Position numbers and translations under genes: made by a program
NCBI GenBank assembly: GCA_002269645.1
Contig: NIVC01000228.1
Coordinates: 17,865 to 81,864 of the forward strand
DNA from: Macrostomum lignano
Taxonomy: Eukaryota
DNA: 64,000 bases
Direction: 5' to 3'
In this document: positions 59,601 through 64,000 of the stretch, piece after piece
How the letters are laid out: the number at the start of each line of letters is the position of its first letter
How positions within the stretch are numbered: the first letter of the stretch is position 1
The notes under the pieces: model-generated
What the model was told of the DNA's origin: nothing
Database searches by the model: none
What the model saw: the letters and a program-made list of their open reading frames with translations, nothing else

Positions 59601-62600
59601 ATGCGGCATGCTAAAATACGAGCTAGATGGAGGAGCGGAGGTCTGGAGAAGCGGCAGAGCCGACCCCGGCGAGTCGGAAGGCGGTGCAGTGTTTTTTGTG
59701 TCGAGAGTGGGGCCATATCTCATCAAAGTGTCCCAAGAAGACCAGCCAGACAAGTGGAAACGGGAAATCGCCAGTACGATGTCACAAGTGCAACGGTGAA
59801 GGCCACCTATCCTTCAAGTGTCCAAAGTCGGGAATGGGCCGAGGGGACCGACCGGGGAGAGTCTCCCAGGAGCGAGGAACCGGTGTTGCTCACTAACCCT
59901 GTAAATAAATCCAAGTGCGTCTCTGGTGATGGGAATTCAAAAAGCAACCTGGTTCAAGAGGCGTGTTCGTCGGTCTCAACGGAGTCCTTGACAGTTTTTA
60001 GTTCCGGTGCGGTTTCCGGCAAGCCAGTGGCTCTGCTGTTAGACAGTGGTGCAAGTGTGTCAGTGCTGAGCTGGGATGTTTTCCTGAGGCTGCCGCAAGA
60101 GGTGAGGGAGAGACTGACTGGAATGGACGGTTCCCTTTTAACGGCCAATGGAGGTGCGATGAGGATGAGAGGCTGCATTGTGCTGGACGTGGAGATTGGC
60201 GGCGAGCGGTGGTCAGCGAATTTTTTTGTAGTGGATGGATTGCGTTATGACGTAATCCTCGGGTCCGAATTTTTCAAACAGCATCGTTGCGTCATCCACT
60301 ATTCCGAGTTTGTCTTTCGAGTTGGTGATGTTAAAGTTCCAATACGGCAGAAAGGCGAGCTGCTTGTGGTGTGTCGAATAAAAGCCGATACAACGGTATT
60401 TCTGGAACCTGCGCAAGAAGTGATCATGCCAGCCAGGGTGCAGAAAAAGGGCGCAAGAAACTGCGGATCGGTTGGCATAACGGAAGAAAAGCCGTGAAGG
60501 CCGCTGAGAAGGAGTTGGCGCTGGCCCGAGCTCTGGTAGCGCCCGGCGAGGATGGACGGCTGCCGACGAGATTGCTGAATACATCCAGTTGTAGAATGAG
60601 GGTCAAGAAGGGAGAGACGATTGGCTGGTTTATTCCTTTGGAACCGAACGGAGGTGTCAACGTAGTGCGCTTGGACGAGAGGCCAAGAATGAAACGGAAG
60701 CATGGAACCCGATCGAAGAATTCTGTGAGTGGGGTTCGTGTGGCCTGTCGGAGGAGGAGGAAGCCGACTTCAGAGAGCTGTTTTCCCAACATCGGGCTGT
60801 CTTTGCTAAGGACTCCAAGGATCTCGGCTGTACGACCGTGATGAAGCACGAGATCGACACTAGTGATGCCAGGCCTGTGAAGGAAGCGGCGAGACGGATT
60901 CCCCCGTACCTGCGGCAGGAAGTGGACAAGGAGTTGGACGACTTGTTGGAAGCTGGAAGAATCAGCGAGGTCCAGTCCCCATGGTGCTCTCCAGTGGTGT
61001 GCGTGAAAAAGAAGGACGGTTCACTGAGGTTCTGTTGTGACTACCGGAAACTGAATGAAGTGACCAAGAAGGATGCAGTGCTTTTGCCTAGGACAGATGA
61101 CCTGTTGGAGAGCCTAGGCGGTGCCAAGATTTTTTCGACCATGGACATGCAGTCGGGATACTGGCAGATGGCGGTGGAACCCAGCGACAGACTAAAGACG
61201 GCCTTTGGCGTTTCACACCGGGTGCAGCAGTACGCCTGGAACGTTATGCCATTTGGATTGACGAATGTGCCGGCTTCATTCAGCCGACTAATAAATGTAG
61301 TGTTGGGGAAGTTGTGCTCGAAGTTGTTTGGTGTATCTGGACGACCTGCTAGTGTGGTCAAGAACGGTGGAGGAGCACCTGGAGCGGCTGCAAACGGTTT
61401 TTCGTCGGTTGCGAGCAGCGAACATCAAATTGAAGCCGAAAAAGTGCGCATTCTTGTTGAAGTCAGTGACTTTCCTTGGACACGTAGTGTCAGCTGATGG
61501 AATCACCACGAGTTCAGAAAAGATTGCTGAAATTCGTGACTGGCCAACGCCGAAGAATGCCAAGGAAGTAAGGTATTACCGGCAGTTTATCGCAGATTTT
61601 TCCCGCATTGCTGAGCCGATGCTGCGACGGACCCGACAGGATTGCCCGTGGAGCTGGGATGAAGAGTGACAAGCCGCATTCGAGGCCCTGAAAGTTTGCA
61701 GGGATCGGAGGTCATGGCGTTTCCAAACTTTGCGGAGGACGCTGGAGAATTCGTTTTAGACACGGACGGTAGCACAAAAGAAGGAATTAGCGCTGTGCTT
61801 TCACAAGTGCAGAAATATGGAAGTGAGAAGGTAATAGCTTACGGGAGCAGGACGTTGTCGCGAGAAGAACGGAATTACTGCACGACACTAGTCGAGTTGC
61901 TGGCCGTGGTGTTTTTCGTACAGAAGTTTCGTTATTACCTGATGGGGCGAGAGTTTCTAGTGCGCACCGATCACAGCAGCTTGAAGTGGCTGCATTCGCT
62001 GCGGGACGTAGAAGGACAGCTGGCCAGATGGCTAGAGCTCTTGGCACCGTACAAGTATCGCATCGAACATCGTTCTGGAGTCAAACATCAACACGCAGAC
62101 GCTCTCTCCAGGAAGCCACGTCGGCGCCATCAAAGAAGCGAGAGTTGTCCCGGATGTGCACAAGAGCAGATCGGCGTGAACGCGTTGGGATTACAGAGGT
62201 GGACCTCGGAGGAGATCAGGGAGAGCCAGAAGATGGACAGCGACATTCGTCAGGCGATGGAGCTGCTGGCACACGGCGACGGAGAGATTACCGAAGAGCA
62301 TTTGCGACGCATCTCACCGACGGCAAGGAGGATTGTCGAAAGACGTCGTGACCTTGAGGTGTCAGACAGTGAGGTGCTGCTGTGTCATACGGGCAGTGGA
62401 CGTCACCCGCAAGTGGTGTTGCCACGGAATATGCTGAGAGCGGTGCTGGAAGAGGCTCATGCCAGACGGAGTGGAGGGCACGTCGGGATTTTCAAGACCA
62501 AGGAGAAGGTGCAGCAATCGTTCTGGAGGCCTGGACTTGGCCGCGAGGTCGAAGAGCACGTAAAAGCCTGTTTGGACTGCACCAAGGCCAAGACTGGCAA

Positions 62601-64000
62601 GAGACCGGTTGCACGATGGAGCCGATTCCGAGTTCAAGCCCATTCGATATCAAGATGACGGACGTCATCGGGCCGCTGCCACGGAGCAAGAAAGGAAACT
62701 TCTATATCCTCACGGTGCAAGATGCGTTCTCAAAGTGGCCAGACGCTTATGCCATCCGGAACCAGAAGGCGACAACGATTGCAAGAGTGCTATTCGAACG
62801 CTGGATTGCCAATCACGGGTGCTCCCGGGTACTTCACTCGGACCAAGGAAGGAACTTTGAGTCGGGGATCGTCAGGAAGCTGTGCGAGCTGTTGGGTGTA
62901 AAGAAGACCAGGACGAGCGCCTACCACCCGAGTGGCAACAGACAGGTGGAACGATTTAACGGGTTCCTGAAGAAAAGTTTGCGCACGTATCTGGTAGAGA
63001 AGGGTCAGAACGCCTGGGAGGAGTACCTGCCAAGTGCCTTGATGGCTTATCGATCGACGGTCCAGGCGTCCACCGGTTACACGCCCTGCTACATGCTGCA
63101 TGGTCAGGAGATGCTGCTGGGATTCGAACCAGAGGACCTTAGGCAAAAGACGGACAGCTATCCCTCGTTTGTGCAAGAGATCCAGCAGAACCTGCTTCAT
63201 GCCCATGAACACGTTCGAGAAGGTCGCGAGACGGTTCAGCGACGACAGAAATGAACTACGATCGGAAAGTGAAGGGCAAGGCGAGATTCAGAAGGGTGAC
63301 ACTGTCTTGCTGTACTATCCGTGCTTGGAGGTGGGAGAGAAAAGCAAGTTTCATATCAACTGGCGCGCCGCCCAGTGAATGTCCTGGAGAAGCTGTCAGA
63401 CGCGTTTGTACCGGGTCCAGGACCCGAGGAATCCAAATGCAAGTGCAAGGTGTACACTACAATAACCTTAGACTGTGTGCCGAGGAGCAGAAGGGAGACT
63501 GTCAACGGGTGGCATGATGAAGCGGCAGGACACGAGGAACAAGAAGCAGAAGAGTCAGAAACCAGCACCTTACCGAAGGAACGGAGGGGAGTGGAACAGG
63601 ATAGAGAATGCTGAGAAGGACGACGACGAGGACGACATCTTCTGGCTGGTGGCAACGGTTCTCCACCGTCAAGAGGTGCCAAGCGGGCGGCCATCCAGGC
63701 CGGCAAAGAGAGAACCGGGGGGGGGGGGTGGGAGAGAGGCTCGCGAACATAGTGTAAAAGCTATGTTTCGTGGCAAACCTTCTCCTATCAGAGTGGCTCT
63801 GGACCGACCACACAGAGCACCTCCCTAAACAATATCAAGGTCAAAAACCCGATGAAAACGAGAATGGAGAAGAACGGAAGAGAGACAGAGACGGAAAACA
63901 GACGCACCGCAGAAGTCATCTTTCGCCTGCAATCGATCGAGAAGAACCCCGGACCAAGAACACAAGGCCAGAAGGCCGCGAGAAACAAACGCCGTAAACG
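59601..64000 (+). mobile_element. Ty3/gypsy LTR retrotransposon, 5'-truncated and multiply frameshifted (gag knuckles, protease, RT, RNase H, integrase; possible PPT at 63717-63728 and 3' LTR running off the window)
   Basis: Two CCHC knuckles (CFLCREWGHISSKC, CHKCNGEGHLSFKC), LLDSGAS, SPWCSPVV..KKDGSLRFCCDYRKLN, MPFGLTN, YLDD, LDTDGS..ISAVLSQ..YGSR, TDHSSL, HARRSGGH..C..C, DVIGPLP..DAFSKW..HSDQGRNFES..YHPSGNRQVER. Domain order PR-RT-RH-IN. No 5' LTR was found. Confidence 0.95.

Overview
Eukaryotic (metazoan, probably invertebrate) genomic DNA with GT-AG introns, short TTAGGG arrays and many single-base frameshifts, some of which are probably long-read indel errors. About two-thirds of the window is transposons and tandem repeats. 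In order: (1) 0-5.2 kb, a Crypton-like element whose four ORFs can be joined through two canonical introns and one 1-nt frameshift into a ~1,080-aa protein (two C2H2-like zinc fingers, acidic linker, tyrosine-recombinase core, SR-rich tail). It is preceded by a CCATAGA terminus, an att-like palindrome and a TATGG-containing tandem array. (2) 5.5-9.1 kb, an intact Chapaev (RAG1-related CMC) transposon with ~135-bp TIRs and a TTCA target-site duplication. (3) 10-25 kb, exon fragments (Cys-rich duplicated modules, a Tudor terminal exon), a LINE 3' end, MITEs, minisatellites and three orphan histone-type 3' stem-loops. (4) 26-43 kb, a decayed CACTA/EnSpm element that contains a Crypton/DUF3504 fragment bounded by a perfect 14-6-14 palindrome, and a second 10.5-kb CACTA element. 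The second element carries an intact B-box/coiled-coil/BEN accessory gene, a dead transposase, mariner fragments and a hAT MITE. (5) 44-46 kb, NXF-family (NTF2-like + TAP-C) 3' exons. (6) A 5.3-kb 30/28-bp satellite and 1.2 kb of (GATA)n. (7) KIF13B/Khc-73-like CAP-Gly exons on the minus strand. (8) A frameshifted Ty3/gypsy retrotransposon running to the window end. All family calls come from motif recognition by eye; no database searches were run.
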